A stretch of 64,000 nt of DNA. It comes from Spirochaetia bacterium (GTDB lineage: Bacteria > Spirochaetota > Spirochaetia > SZUA-6 > Bin103). Below, in pieces: positions 1-9,201 of the stretch. The notes under the pieces were generated by a model. It searched no databases. It was given only the letters and a program-made list of their open reading frames with translations, and was not told the origin of the DNA. The translations under genes and the position numbers were made by a program. Position 1 is the first letter of the stretch. Every line of letters starts with the position of its first letter. The stretch lies in assembly GCA_965199955.1 (NCBI GenBank), contig CBDATQ010000002.1, positions 1,056,001-1,120,000 of the forward strand, in the 5' to 3' direction.

Positions 1-1
1 G

Positions 2-286
2 TGCCGGAGGAGGGCGGATGGCGGACTGCTGTCGCTGGCGGCGCGGTTCGCGGCCAAGGAAGCGTTCGGCAAGGCGCTGGGATCCGGCCTGCGCGGCATG
101 GCGCTGCGCGACATCATCGTGACCAACGAGCCCGGCGGCCGGCCCGTGCTGCGCGTGATCGGCACCGCGCGCAGGGCCCTTGCGGCGGCGGGCGGGACGG
201 ACGTGATGGTGTCGCTGTCGCACGAAGACGAAGCGGCCATCGCGGTCGTGATCATCCAGGGCAACCCACCGCACGCCGGCGATTGA
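2..286 (+). CDS. acpS: Holo-[acyl-carrier-protein] synthase, 5' end outside window
   Basis: Frame 2 reads LAARFAAKEAFGKALGSG...GRP...VSLSHEDEAAIAVVII, the AcpS signature. Confidence 0.9.
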   Translation, partial: CRRRADGGLLSLAARFAAKEAFGKALGSGLRGMALRDIIVTNEPGGRPVLRVIGTARRALAAAGGTDVMVSLSHEDEAAIAVVIIQGNPPHAGD

Positions 287-299
287 CCGGCCGCATCGC

Positions 300-1127
300 T
301 TGACGCGCACCATTCGAGCAACGGTCGCCTACGACGGGACCGACTTTTCCGGTTGGCAGATCCAGGACAGGTCGCGCACTCCTGCGCCCCGGACCGTGCA
401 GGGCGTTTTCGAGCAGGCCCTCGCCCGCATGCACGGCGGCCGCGTGCCGGTCCGGGCCGCCGGCCGGACCGATGCCGGCGTTCACGCGCTCGGCCAGGTC
501 GTGAGCTTCCGCACCGGGATCGAGAGCCTGACACCGGAGGTCCTGCCGCGCGCGCTCAATTCCTACCTTCCCGACGACGTGCGGGTGGTCGACGCGCGGG
601 ACGAGGAGGACGGCTTCGACGCCCGGCGCTCCGCGCGGTTGCGGGTGTATCGCTACCAGTTGCTGCCGGGCCGGCAACTTCCTCACCTGCGGCGGTACAC
701 GCTGTGGGTGCGCCGGCCGCTGCGGCTGGAGGCGCTCAACCGGATGGCGTCGGCGGTGGTCGGCGAGCATGACTTCGCGACCTTCGCGGCCGCCGGCGCG
801 TCCGGATCGTCGCTGCGGCGGGTCGTGCAGGCGTCCTTCTTTGCCGATGGACCTCTGATCGTGTTTCGCATTGCCGCCCAGTCCTTTCTCTGGAAGATGG
901 TGCGCAGCCTGGTGGGGACGATGCTGGCGCTGGAAGCCGAGTGCAGGGAAGACAACGCGGCGCCGCGGGCGCGAGTGGCGGAGCTGCTCGCCGCGCCGCG
1001 GCGGGAGCGGGTGGGGCAGACCGCGCCGGCCTGGGGGCTGTTCCTCGAGCGGGTGTATTACGCCGGCGACCCGCCGCTGGCCGGCGCGCTGCCGTATGAT
1101 CGTGAACGGGGTCCCGCCGATGAGTGA
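300..1127 (+). CDS. truA: tRNA pseudouridine(38-40) synthase
   Basis: AYDGTDFSGWQIQ, AAGRTDAGVHALGQV, GEHDFATF, FLWKMVR, TAPAWGLFL motifs. Confidence 0.95.
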   Translation: MTRTIRATVAYDGTDFSGWQIQDRSRTPAPRTVQGVFEQALARMHGGRVPVRAAGRTDAGVHALGQVVSFRTGIESLTPEVLPRALNSYLPDDVRVVDARDEEDGFDARRSARLRVYRYQLLPGRQLPHLRRYTLWVRRPLRLEALNRMASAVVGEHDFATFAAAGASGSSLRRVVQASFFADGPLIVFRIAAQSFLWKMVRSLVGTMLALEAECREDNAAPRARVAELLAAPRRERVGQTAPAWGLFLERVYYAGDPPLAGALPYDRERGPADE

Positions 1128-1866
1128 CGTGACTGCCGAGTACTGGAGACTGCTGCGGCTTGCCGAGGACTACTTCGACGGTCAGACGCGCAGCGAGCGG
1201 GAGTACGCGGTCCCCGTGCTCCGATCCCGCACACTGGCGGAGGAATCGGCTCGGGAGCCTGGCGGCGATACCGCGCCCGCGGATCCTCCGCTGACGCAGC
1301 CGGGATCGACCGTGGAGGCGCTGGCTGCCATCGGCGACGAGGTGTCCGGGTGCAGGCGTTGCAGGCTGTCTGAGGGCCGTACCACCACCGTCCCGGGCGA
1401 GGGCGTGCCAAACCCGGAGGTGATGGTGATCGGCGAGGGGCCCGGCGCGGCCGAGGACCGTAGCGGCCGGCCGTTCGTGGGGCCGGCCGGCCAGTACCTG
1501 GACCGGTGGCTGGCCGCGATCGAGCTCGACCGCCGCAGGAACTGCTTCATCGCCAACGTGGTCAAGTGCCGGCCTCCGGGCAACCGCGATCCCAACCCGG
1601 ACGAGGTCGCCGCCTGCATGCCGTACCTGGCGCGCCAGATCGACGTGCTGCGTCCGCGGGCGTTGCTCGCCGTGGGCCGGGTGGCCGCCAACCACCTGCT
1701 GGGCGTGACCCGCACGCTGGCCGAGCATCGGTCCGGACGCTATGAGCACCGTGGCCGGCCGCTGTTCGTGACTTACCATCCCAGCGCCGTGCTGCGCGAT
1801 TCGTCGCTCCGGGCGCCGGTCTGGGAGGACTTGAAGAAGCTGCGCGCCTTTCTCGACCAGACGTAG
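1120..1866 (+). CDS. Uracil-DNA glycosylase family 4
   Basis: CRRCRL, IGEGPG, GRPFVGPAG, NVVKCRPPGNRDP, TYHPS motifs; ATG at 1120 overlaps the end of truA. Confidence 0.92.
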   Translation: MSDVTAEYWRLLRLAEDYFDGQTRSEREYAVPVLRSRTLAEESAREPGGDTAPADPPLTQPGSTVEALAAIGDEVSGCRRCRLSEGRTTTVPGEGVPNPEVMVIGEGPGAAEDRSGRPFVGPAGQYLDRWLAAIELDRRRNCFIANVVKCRPPGNRDPNPDEVAACMPYLARQIDVLRPRALLAVGRVAANHLLGVTRTLAEHRSGRYEHRGRPLFVTYHPSAVLRDSSLRAPVWEDLKKLRAFLDQT

Positions 1867-1898
1867 ATGCGAAACATGCAGATGCCGGGAGCCTGAGC

Positions 1899-3854
1899 GT
1901 GTCCAGGTTGGTGGATCTGGCCTTCAACCTGCCGATCGACAGGAGGTTCACCTACCGGCTGCCCGAGGACGTCGACGGCGCGCCCGTCGGCGCCCGAGCC
2001 ACCGCGCCGTTCGGCAGGCGAACGCTGACCGGATTCATCGTCGCCGCGCGGGACCGGCCGCCGGCCGGGGTGACGGTTCGCCCGCTGTCGCGGATCGTCG
2101 ACGGGGAGCCGCTGGTCGATCGCCGCATGCTGTCGCTGGCGCGCTGGCTTGCGGACACTTACCTGTGCTCCCTCGGCGAGGCGCTGGCCGCGATCGTCCC
2201 CGGCGGGCGGCGCGAGTCGCCGCTGCAGGACGCCGTGCAGCCGGCGGTCGCCCACTCGCATCGGCTGACGCCCGCGCAGCGCGCCGCGCTCGAGGGCATT
2301 CTGGGGCAGGCGACCGGCACCTCCTACCTGTTCGGGGTGACCGGCTCCGGCAAGACGGCGGTGTTCCTGGAGGCGACGCGCAGCACCCTGTCCGAAGGCC
2401 GTTCGGTCATCTACCTGGTTCCCGAGATCGGCCTGACCCACCAGGTGGTCGCCGCCTTCACCGGCGCCTTCGGGGACCTGGTCGCCGTGATCCACTCCGG
2501 TCTGACGCCGTCGCAGCGCCTCAGGGAGTGGCGGCGGCTGCAGCACGGCCGCGCCCGCATCGCCGTCGGGGCGCGCAGCGCGGTGTTCGCTCCGGTGCGC
2601 GAGCTCGGCCTGATCGTCATCGACGAGGAGCATGACGGCTCCTACAAGGCCTCCGCCAGTCCGCGCTATCACGCGCGCCAGGTAGCGGCACAGCGCTGCC
2701 GCGTGGGGGGGGGGCGCCTGGTGATGGGGAGCGCCACCCCCTCGGCGGAGGCGTTCCTGCGCATGCAGTCCGGTGCGATCGGGCGCTACGACCTCGCGCG
2801 GCGGGTGGGCGGCGGCGCGCCCCCTCGTATCCACCTCGTGCAGCGCATGCCGAACCGCGGCGTCCTGGGCCCGGAGCTCACCGACGCGTTGCGCCGCGTG
2901 CACGCCGAGGGCCGGCAGAGCATCCTGTTCCTGAACCGGCGCGGGTTCTCCCACTTCTTCCATTGCCGTTCCTGCGACTACGCGATGACCTGCGAGCGCT
3001 GCTCGGTCACGCTGACCCTGCATCGGCCGTCGGGAGCGCTGGTCTGCCACTACTGCGGCTACCGGACCAGGCCGCTGCGCTCGTGCCCGGAATGCCGTTC
3101 GCTGGACGTCCGCTACGCCGGATTCGGGACGCAACGGGTGGAGGTCGAGCTGCGGCGGGTCCTGCCCGATGCGCGGATCGAGCGTGCGGATGCGGACTCG
3201 GTTCGCGGCCGTGGCAGGTTCGCGGAGCTGCTCGAAGGGCTTCGCGACGGCTCCATCGACGTGCTGGTGGGTACCCAGATGGTCGCCAAGGGGCTGGACC
3301 TGCCCGGAGTCAAGCTGGTGGGCGTGGTCGATGCGGACACGTCGCTGCGACTGCCCGACTTTCGCGCCGCGGAACGCACCTTCGCGCTGCTGGTGCAGGT
3401 GGCCGGCCGCGCCGGCCGGGCCGCCGCCGACGGGGAGGTGTACATCCAGAGCGCCCATCCGGAGGCGGCGCCGATCGCCCATGCGGCCGCCGGCCGCGTC
3501 GCGGAGTTCATGGCCGGCGAGCTCGCCGCGCGCCGCGATCAGCGCTTTCCACCGTTCGTGCGCCTGGTCCGCCTGGTCGTTCGGGGCCGGGACGAAGAAA
3601 GGGTCGCCGAAGCGATCGATCGGCTGGCGGAGGCGCTGGCCGCGGAGCCTGCGATGGCGGCCGCGGGCGTGGACGTGCTGGGGCCGGCGCCCTGCCCGAT
3701 CGCCAAGGTGGCGCGCAACCACCGCCATCACCTGCTGGTGCGCGCGCCGGCGATGCGACCCATCCTGGCCGCGGTGCGGCGCCTCGTGGGCGGGCTGCGG
3801 CTGGAGCCGGGAGTGCACCTGGAGCTCGATCCGGACCCCGTGGCCGTGCTGTAG
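1899..3854 (+). CDS. priA: Primosomal protein N' (replication restart helicase)
   Basis: GVTGSGKT Walker A, DEEHD, SATPS, four CxxC zinc motifs, GTQMVAKGLD, QVAGRAGR. Confidence 0.95.
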   Translation: MSRLVDLAFNLPIDRRFTYRLPEDVDGAPVGARATAPFGRRTLTGFIVAARDRPPAGVTVRPLSRIVDGEPLVDRRMLSLARWLADTYLCSLGEALAAIVPGGRRESPLQDAVQPAVAHSHRLTPAQRAALEGILGQATGTSYLFGVTGSGKTAVFLEATRSTLSEGRSVIYLVPEIGLTHQVVAAFTGAFGDLVAVIHSGLTPSQRLREWRRLQHGRARIAVGARSAVFAPVRELGLIVIDEEHDGSYKASASPRYHARQVAAQRCRVGGGRLVMGSATPSAEAFLRMQSGAIGRYDLARRVGGGAPPRIHLVQRMPNRGVLGPELTDALRRVHAEGRQSILFLNRRGFSHFFHCRSCDYAMTCERCSVTLTLHRPSGALVCHYCGYRTRPLRSCPECRSLDVRYAGFGTQRVEVELRRVLPDARIERADADSVRGRGRFAELLEGLRDGSIDVLVGTQMVAKGLDLPGVKLVGVVDADTSLRLPDFRAAERTFALLVQVAGRAGRAAADGEVYIQSAHPEAAPIAHAAAGRVAEFMAGELAARRDQRFPPFVRLVRLVVRGRDEERVAEAIDRLAEALAAEPAMAAAGVDVLGPAPCPIAKVARNHRHHLLVRAPAMRPILAAVRRLVGGLRLEPGVHLELDPDPVAVL

Positions 3855-3865
3855 AATCGGGGAGG

Positions 3866-4348
3866 ATGCTGGAGTTGGTCACGTACCCTGACCCCCGCCT
3901 GAACGTGCGGTCGGAGCCGACCGACCCGGACGAGGTACGCGACCTGGTCCGGGCGATGTTCGAGACGATGTACGCGGAGGAGGGGATCGGGCTGGCGGCG
4001 GTGCAGGTCGGCCGGCCGTTGCGCGTGTTCATCACCAAGGTCCGGGACGACCGCGAGCGCGTCTACATCAATCCGGAGATCGTCGAGACCTCGATCGAAG
4101 AGGACACCGCGGAGGAAGGCTGCCTGAGCATCCCCGACATACGCGCCGACGTCACCCGTCCGGTCCGGGTGGGCGTGCAGGCGACCAGTCTCAAGGGCCG
4201 CATCTTCCGCCTGAACGCCCAGGGATTGCTGGCGCGCGCGATCCAGCACGAGCTGGACCACCTGAACGGTCGCCTGTTCATCGACCACCTGGACGAGCAG
4301 GAGCGCGCGGCGCTGCTCGCCGACTATCGCGGGTCGCCGCGCCAGTGA
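3866..4348 (+). CDS. def: Peptide deformylase
   Basis: GIGLAAVQVG, EGCLSIP, QHELDHLNG motifs. Confidence 0.95.
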   Translation: MLELVTYPDPRLNVRSEPTDPDEVRDLVRAMFETMYAEEGIGLAAVQVGRPLRVFITKVRDDRERVYINPEIVETSIEEDTAEEGCLSIPDIRADVTRPVRVGVQATSLKGRIFRLNAQGLLARAIQHELDHLNGRLFIDHLDEQERAALLADYRGSPRQ

Positions 4349-4854
4349 GCGAGCGCATGCCGAGGTACCGAGATCATCTTGCGCAAGCGCGGGTTCGCGT
4401 GTGTCGCCGCGCTGCTCGACGAGCAGGCGCCGCACACCTGCCGCGCCGTGTGGGACGCGCTCCCGCAGGAGGGGGACGTGTACCACGCCAAGTACGCAAG
4501 CAACGAGATCTACGCCCTGGTGCCGGCGTTTCCCGCCGAGCCGCCGGGCGCCGAGAACGGCACCATCGTGCCTGCCAGGGGCGACGTGGGCTACTTCCAC
4601 CTGCCGGCCGGGACGCGCAGCGCAGCCTGGGCGGGCGGGCGGTCGTGGACCTGGCGCTGTTCTACGACCGCAACAACATCCTGCTGTCGCCGAGCGAGGG
4701 GTGCCTGACGTGCAACGTCTTCGCCACTGTCGTGCGCAACCTGGAGCAGCTCACCGTCGCCGGCAACGACGTCTGGCGGGCCGGCGCCATCGGTGAACGG
4801 CTCTCCTTTCGCCGTCTCGAAGGGGCTGCGCTGGAGCGCTGGGGACTGGCGTGA
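4345..4854 (+). pseudogene. DUF3830-family protein with two compensating frameshifts
   Basis: Family-like sequence (APHTCRAVWDALP, HAKYASNEIY, VDLALFYDRNN) moves from frame 1 to frame 2 near 4369 and back to frame 1 near 4635. Confidence 0.65.
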
Positions 4855-5111
4855 AACGCCTCACCATCGGTGGCGTCTGGCCCGACGACCGGCCGGGCGC
4901 CCAGGCCATCTTCATCGGCTGCAGCGGCCAGCGGCTGGCGGGGTGCCTGGCGCGCATTGAGCAGGAGGTCGGCAAGCCGGTGCCGAGCGCCAACCAGGTG
5001 ACCGGCTGGCACATGCTGCGGATCCTCGGCCGCACGGAGCGGATACCCCGGCTCGGCGCACTGGCGGATGTCCGCCTGGCGCACGCGACGGAGCCTCTTG
5101 CCGCAACATAG
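4851..5111 (+). pseudogene. C-terminal fragment of a maleate isomerase / arylmalonate decarboxylase (Asp/Glu racemase superfamily)
   Basis: DRPGAQAIFIGCSGQR...IEQEVGKPVPSANQVTGWHMLR resembles the family C-terminus; only 86 aa. Confidence 0.6.
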
Positions 5112-5121
5112 CGGCGTGATC

Positions 5122-6051
5122 ATGCGTGTGCTGTTCGCCGGCACGCCCCGGTTTGCGGTGCCGGCGCTGGTGGCAGTGGCCGAACGGTTCGAGGTCTGCG
5201 GGGTGCTGACGGCTCCGGACCGTCCGGCCGGGCGCGGCCGCCGTCTTACCCCTGGGCCGGTCCGGCACGAGGCCGACCGCCTGGGCTTGCCGGTGATCGC
5301 TCCCGAGCGCCTCGATGACGCCTCCACGCAGGAGCTGGCCCGCCTGCGCGCCGACGTCCTGGCGGTGGCCGCGTACGGCGTGCTCTTCACTCAGCGGTTT
5401 CTCGACCGGTTCCGGCGCGGTGCCGTGAACGTGCATCCGTCGCTGCTGCCCCGGTATCGCGGCGCCGCACCGATTCCGGCGGCCATCCTGGCCGGGGAAC
5501 GGGAGACCGGCGTCACCATTCAGCGAGTGGTGCGGCGCCTTGACTCCGGGCCGATCATGGCCACGCGCATCCATCCCCTGGACGGCACCGAGACCACCGG
5601 AAAGTTGACGGAGGCGCTGGCGGCGACGGGCGCCGACCTGCTGGTCGAAGTGCTGGCCGGGCTTGAACGGGGAACGGTTCCGGAGCGGGCACAGGTCGAG
5701 GAGCAGGCCACCTATTGCGCGAAGGTGGCAGCCGCCGACGCCCGCATCGACTGGCACGCCCACGACGCAGTCGTCATCGAGCGCATGGTTCGCGCGTACG
5801 ATCCCTGGCCGCGCGCCCACTGCCGGCTGGGCAAGCGGCGCCTCAGTCTGCTGGCCGCGCGCCTGGGCGCAGATCTGCCACCGGGCGTGCCGGGGCAGGT
5901 CGCTCGCGTGGATGGCCATCAGGGGATCCTGGTGCATACGGCGCGAGGCACGCTGGGCGTCACCGAGCTGCAGCTCGAAGGCCGGCGCGCGATGGACTGG
6001 AGGTCGTTCGCCAACGGCTTCGGCGACCTTGCAGGAGTACGGCTCACGTGA
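5122..6051 (+). CDS. fmt: Methionyl-tRNA formyltransferase
   Basis: MRVLFAGTPRFA, PDRPAGRG, NVHPSLLPRYRGAAPI, RAYDPWP. Confidence 0.95.
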   Translation: MRVLFAGTPRFAVPALVAVAERFEVCGVLTAPDRPAGRGRRLTPGPVRHEADRLGLPVIAPERLDDASTQELARLRADVLAVAAYGVLFTQRFLDRFRRGAVNVHPSLLPRYRGAAPIPAAILAGERETGVTIQRVVRRLDSGPIMATRIHPLDGTETTGKLTEALAATGADLLVEVLAGLERGTVPERAQVEEQATYCAKVAAADARIDWHAHDAVVIERMVRAYDPWPRAHCRLGKRRLSLLAARLGADLPPGVPGQVARVDGHQGILVHTARGTLGVTELQLEGRRAMDWRSFANGFGDLAGVRLT

Positions 6052-7040
6052 GCGAGACCCCGCGCGGCACCACCGTCGTGACGTTCCCGCTGGCGCTGCT
6101 GACGGCGGCCGTCCTGATCGCGACGGCCGCCGTCACGTTCTTCACCATGGTCCGCGGGGAGGAGGAGACCCAGGTGCCGGCGATTGTCGGCGAGGACCTG
6201 CTGGCGGCGATGGAGCAGCTCCAGGAAAAGAGATTGGTCGCCCGCGTGGAGGGCCGCTTCACGTCGGAGGCGCCGATCTGGCACGTGGTGGCGCAGACCC
6301 CGGAGGCCGGCTCCCTGGTCAAGGCCGGCCGGCCGGTCACGGTGGTGGTCAGCCGCGGCCGGGCCGTCCCGGAGGTCGGCGACTACCTCGGCAGAGACAT
6401 CGACCAGGTGCGCCTGGAGCTGCAGACGCTGTCGGCCACCGGCGAGTCGCCGATCAGGATCCGCGAGGACGGCCCACGCATCAACGATCCCAGGCCGGCC
6501 GGTACCATCCTCGGACAGAGCCCGGACCCGGGCGCGGAGGTCGCCGAGGGCCTGACGATCCTGGTGACCGTGAGCCGCGGCCCCCAGGGCGACCTGGTGG
6601 AGGTTCCCTACCTCATCGGCACCACCTACGTCGCCGCCCTCGCCGCGCTGGCCGAACGCAACCACACCTTCGTGTTCACGGTCCGTGCCGGCGGCACGGA
6701 GGCCTTGCCCGGGACGGTGGTCTTCCAGTCGCCCGACGGCGGCGCCGAGGTCCCGCACAGCACCGTCCTGCAGGTGGGCATCACCCGCCCCGCGCCGGAG
6801 AGCGACGACCTGGTGTTCGGCATGTACGAGTACGAGGTGGAGCAATACCCGATCCTGGTGGACCTGACGCTGACCGCGGAGATCCCCGCCCAGCCGGACC
6901 CGGTCGTGCTGCTGGAGACGCGCTCCCAAGGCGGCCCGCTCGCAGTCCCGTTCATCACCCACCGCGACGCGGCGCTGGTGCTGACCGTCCTGGACCGGCA
7001 GGTCGATCGCCGGCCGGCCGAGCGTTTCGCCATCGACTGA
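6048..7040 (+). CDS. Membrane-anchored PASTA-domain protein
   Basis: N-terminal TM helix followed by three PASTA repeats (VPAIVG...QTPEAG...VVSRG; QSPDPG; QSPDGG); GTG overlaps the fmt stop. Confidence 0.85.
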   Translation: MSETPRGTTVVTFPLALLTAAVLIATAAVTFFTMVRGEEETQVPAIVGEDLLAAMEQLQEKRLVARVEGRFTSEAPIWHVVAQTPEAGSLVKAGRPVTVVVSRGRAVPEVGDYLGRDIDQVRLELQTLSATGESPIRIREDGPRINDPRPAGTILGQSPDPGAEVAEGLTILVTVSRGPQGDLVEVPYLIGTTYVAALAALAERNHTFVFTVRAGGTEALPGTVVFQSPDGGAEVPHSTVLQVGITRPAPESDDLVFGMYEYEVEQYPILVDLTLTAEIPAQPDPVVLLETRSQGGPLAVPFITHRDAALVLTVLDRQVDRRPAERFAID

Positions 7041-7075
7041 CCTGCCACGCTCGTGGTAGCATGGGTGGCTACAAC

Positions 7076-7147
7076 GCGAGCGTCGTATAATGGTCATTAC
7101 CCGAGCTTCCCAAGCTCGTGACGGGGGTTCGATTCCCCTCGCTCGCT
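7076..7147 (+). tRNA. tRNA-Gly(CCC), CCA not encoded
   Basis: Acceptor stem GCGAGCG/CGCTCGC, anticodon arm CGAGC-TTCCCAA-GCTCG, T arm GGGGG-TTCGATT-CCCCT; upstream TAGCAT -10-like box at 7057. Confidence 0.95.
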
Positions 7148-7329
7148 GACCCTGTGCCGACGCCGGCCGCACACGATCCGCACAGCTCGCTTCGTAGCCT
7201 CCAGCCCGAGGTCTGTCGCAAGGCACCGCGACAGGAGCAATCCGCCTAGAGGGCATCGCCACCCGCCCCGTCCAGCAGAAACCTGAACGAAACCCGAATC
7301 CGTCTAGTGCCGATGGGGACACCTGGCAG

Positions 7330-8664
7330 GTGGCGAACGTTTCGATGGGGTCCGACCGTCTGTTCGGTATCGCCTGGAACGGCTCCCGGTTTGTCGCGGT
7401 CGGACGCAAAGGCTCGGAACCCCAGATCCTGTACAGCGACGATGGCGCGAACTGGACGGAGGTCGGTGATACCGCGACGACGGTGCCTCTTGACGGAGTA
7501 GCCTGGGGCGGCACGCGCTTCGTTGCCGTCGGGCGCGGAGGAACGATCGTACACAGCGCCGACGGGATGGCCTGGGAGGCTGCGACCGCTACGGCTACCG
7601 GGGCTTCGTTGCGGAACGTCGCTTGGAGCGGCACCCGGTTCGTGGCGGTCGGCAATGGCGGCACGATCGTGTCCAGTAGTGACGGCACTACCTGGACGGA
7701 ATCCGGCGACACCGCGACCGATCACACTCTTCTCGGAATAGCGGGGAACGGCGATAGCGGGCTCAACGGAGCGATCGTTTATGAAGACGAAGGCGCCAAT
7801 TGGATTCTGGCGGATACGGGCGGAGCGTCGCTGCCTGAACTTCTCCACGTGTCCTGGGGCGGCGGCCGCTTTGTCGCGGTCGGCGCCAACGGCACGGTCG
7901 TGCATAGTGCCGACGGTCTGAGTTGGACAGAGACGCTTGGCACCGACGAAGAGGTGCGGTGGATAGCGTGGGGCGGCGGCCGCTTTGTCGCCGTCCGAAG
8001 CGACGGCGCGATCGCGCACAGCGCTGACGCCGTGACGTGGACGCGGGCGAGCGCTTCTGCTACGGAGGAGGGCTTGGTCGACGTAGCCTGGGCCAATGGC
8101 CATTTCGTCGCCGTTGGTAACGCAGGCGCGATCGTCTACAGCACCGATGGTGATCGATGGACGGCCGCGAGCGACACGGCAACGCAACCTGATGACAGGC
8201 TTCTCCGCGTTACGTCCAACGCCACGCGCTTCGTTGCCGTCGGGCTGAGTACCGAAGGACGACCGGCACCCATCGTGTTTAGCGACGATGGAGATACGTG
8301 GATGGCAGCGAGCGACACCGCCGTGCCGTACGGGTTCTCGGTGGTCGCCGCGGGAAAAAGCCACTTCATCGCGATCGCCTTCAAACAAGAGCAACCTCGC
8401 AATACGGTCGTGGCGAGTGCGGACGGTGACACGTGGGTCAAGGCCAGCGAGCTCACGGTCCCGATCTACCTGAGGGATGCTGTCTATGGGAACGGGCGTT
8501 TCGTGGCGATCGGCGAAGGGACGATCATGCACAGCGCCGACGGCGGTTCAACTTGGACGGAGGTCACTCCCGCCCCCACAGGGCGCCTCCTCCACTCGGT
8601 AACCTGGAGCGGAACCCGTTTCGTCGCCGTCGGAGAAAACGGCACGATCGTGACCAGCCCATAG
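7330..8664 (+). CDS. BNR/Asp-box-like beta-propeller repeat protein, probably 5'-truncated
   Basis: About 10 repeats of W.G.RFVAVG..G.I..S.DG..W; the frame is open from 7198 with repeat-like sequence before the first GTG; no signal peptide. Confidence 0.75.
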   Translation: MANVSMGSDRLFGIAWNGSRFVAVGRKGSEPQILYSDDGANWTEVGDTATTVPLDGVAWGGTRFVAVGRGGTIVHSADGMAWEAATATATGASLRNVAWSGTRFVAVGNGGTIVSSSDGTTWTESGDTATDHTLLGIAGNGDSGLNGAIVYEDEGANWILADTGGASLPELLHVSWGGGRFVAVGANGTVVHSADGLSWTETLGTDEEVRWIAWGGGRFVAVRSDGAIAHSADAVTWTRASASATEEGLVDVAWANGHFVAVGNAGAIVYSTDGDRWTAASDTATQPDDRLLRVTSNATRFVAVGLSTEGRPAPIVFSDDGDTWMAASDTAVPYGFSVVAAGKSHFIAIAFKQEQPRNTVVASADGDTWVKASELTVPIYLRDAVYGNGRFVAIGEGTIMHSADGGSTWTEVTPAPTGRLLHSVTWSGTRFVAVGENGTIVTSP

Positions 8665-8752
8665 GTTTGAAATACTGAGATGCCGAGCACAATGATACCT
8701 TGGTTGCAGGCGTGCCACCCCTTCCATAGACGGAACCGGCATTCAGGTTGTA

Positions 8753-9091
8753 ATGATGGGGCCGAACCGGGCACCCTACGGCAATGCGTGGAGATTCCGC
8801 AGTCATCGATCTCGCAATCGCTTGCTCACCAACGTGTTGCCTGTGGCAATTGGCGCAGCGACCCTCGGTGTCGCTGTCTATGGCATCATGAACCCATATG
8901 GCGCAGTTGAAAGGAAGCCCTCCCTGTACCTTTTTGTCACGGCTGTGCCATATTCTGAGATGACTATATCGGGGACACCGGTCGAGGAAGTGTTAGCGAA
9001 CGGGATTGGAGTGTCCCCGATTGACGGCGCCGGATATCCTGTATTCCTGGTGGAGAACTCAGTTCATAAAGGCTTTATAAGCTCAAGATAG
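8753..9091 (+). CDS. Hypothetical protein with one hydrophobic segment, in AT-richer DNA
   Basis: 112-aa ORF containing VLPVAIGAATLGVAVYGIM; no recognised family. Confidence 0.3.
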   Translation: MMGPNRAPYGNAWRFRSHRSRNRLLTNVLPVAIGAATLGVAVYGIMNPYGAVERKPSLYLFVTAVPYSEMTISGTPVEEVLANGIGVSPIDGAGYPVFLVENSVHKGFISSR

Positions 9092-9201
9092 AGGGCGTGG
9101 ACGCGCGTTCGCTTCAAGAGTCTATGTCGTTACGATAAGGGAGGAGCCACCACCAGACATAGAGCTGTGAGCGCGATTCACAGGAGCATATGCCCGGTCG
9201 A

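Noticed and set aside
1773..3818. Long antisense or alternate-frame ORFs (e.g. 1773-3818, 27561-30203, 47457-50174, 56792-58888)
   Set aside because: They shadow well-supported genes, are Arg/Pro/Ala-rich without motifs, and are expected at this GC content.
7330..8664. Recurring DNA motifs as a possible CRISPR array
   Set aside because: The repeats are degenerate, in frame and protein-level; no identical repeats with spacers and no cas genes in the window.
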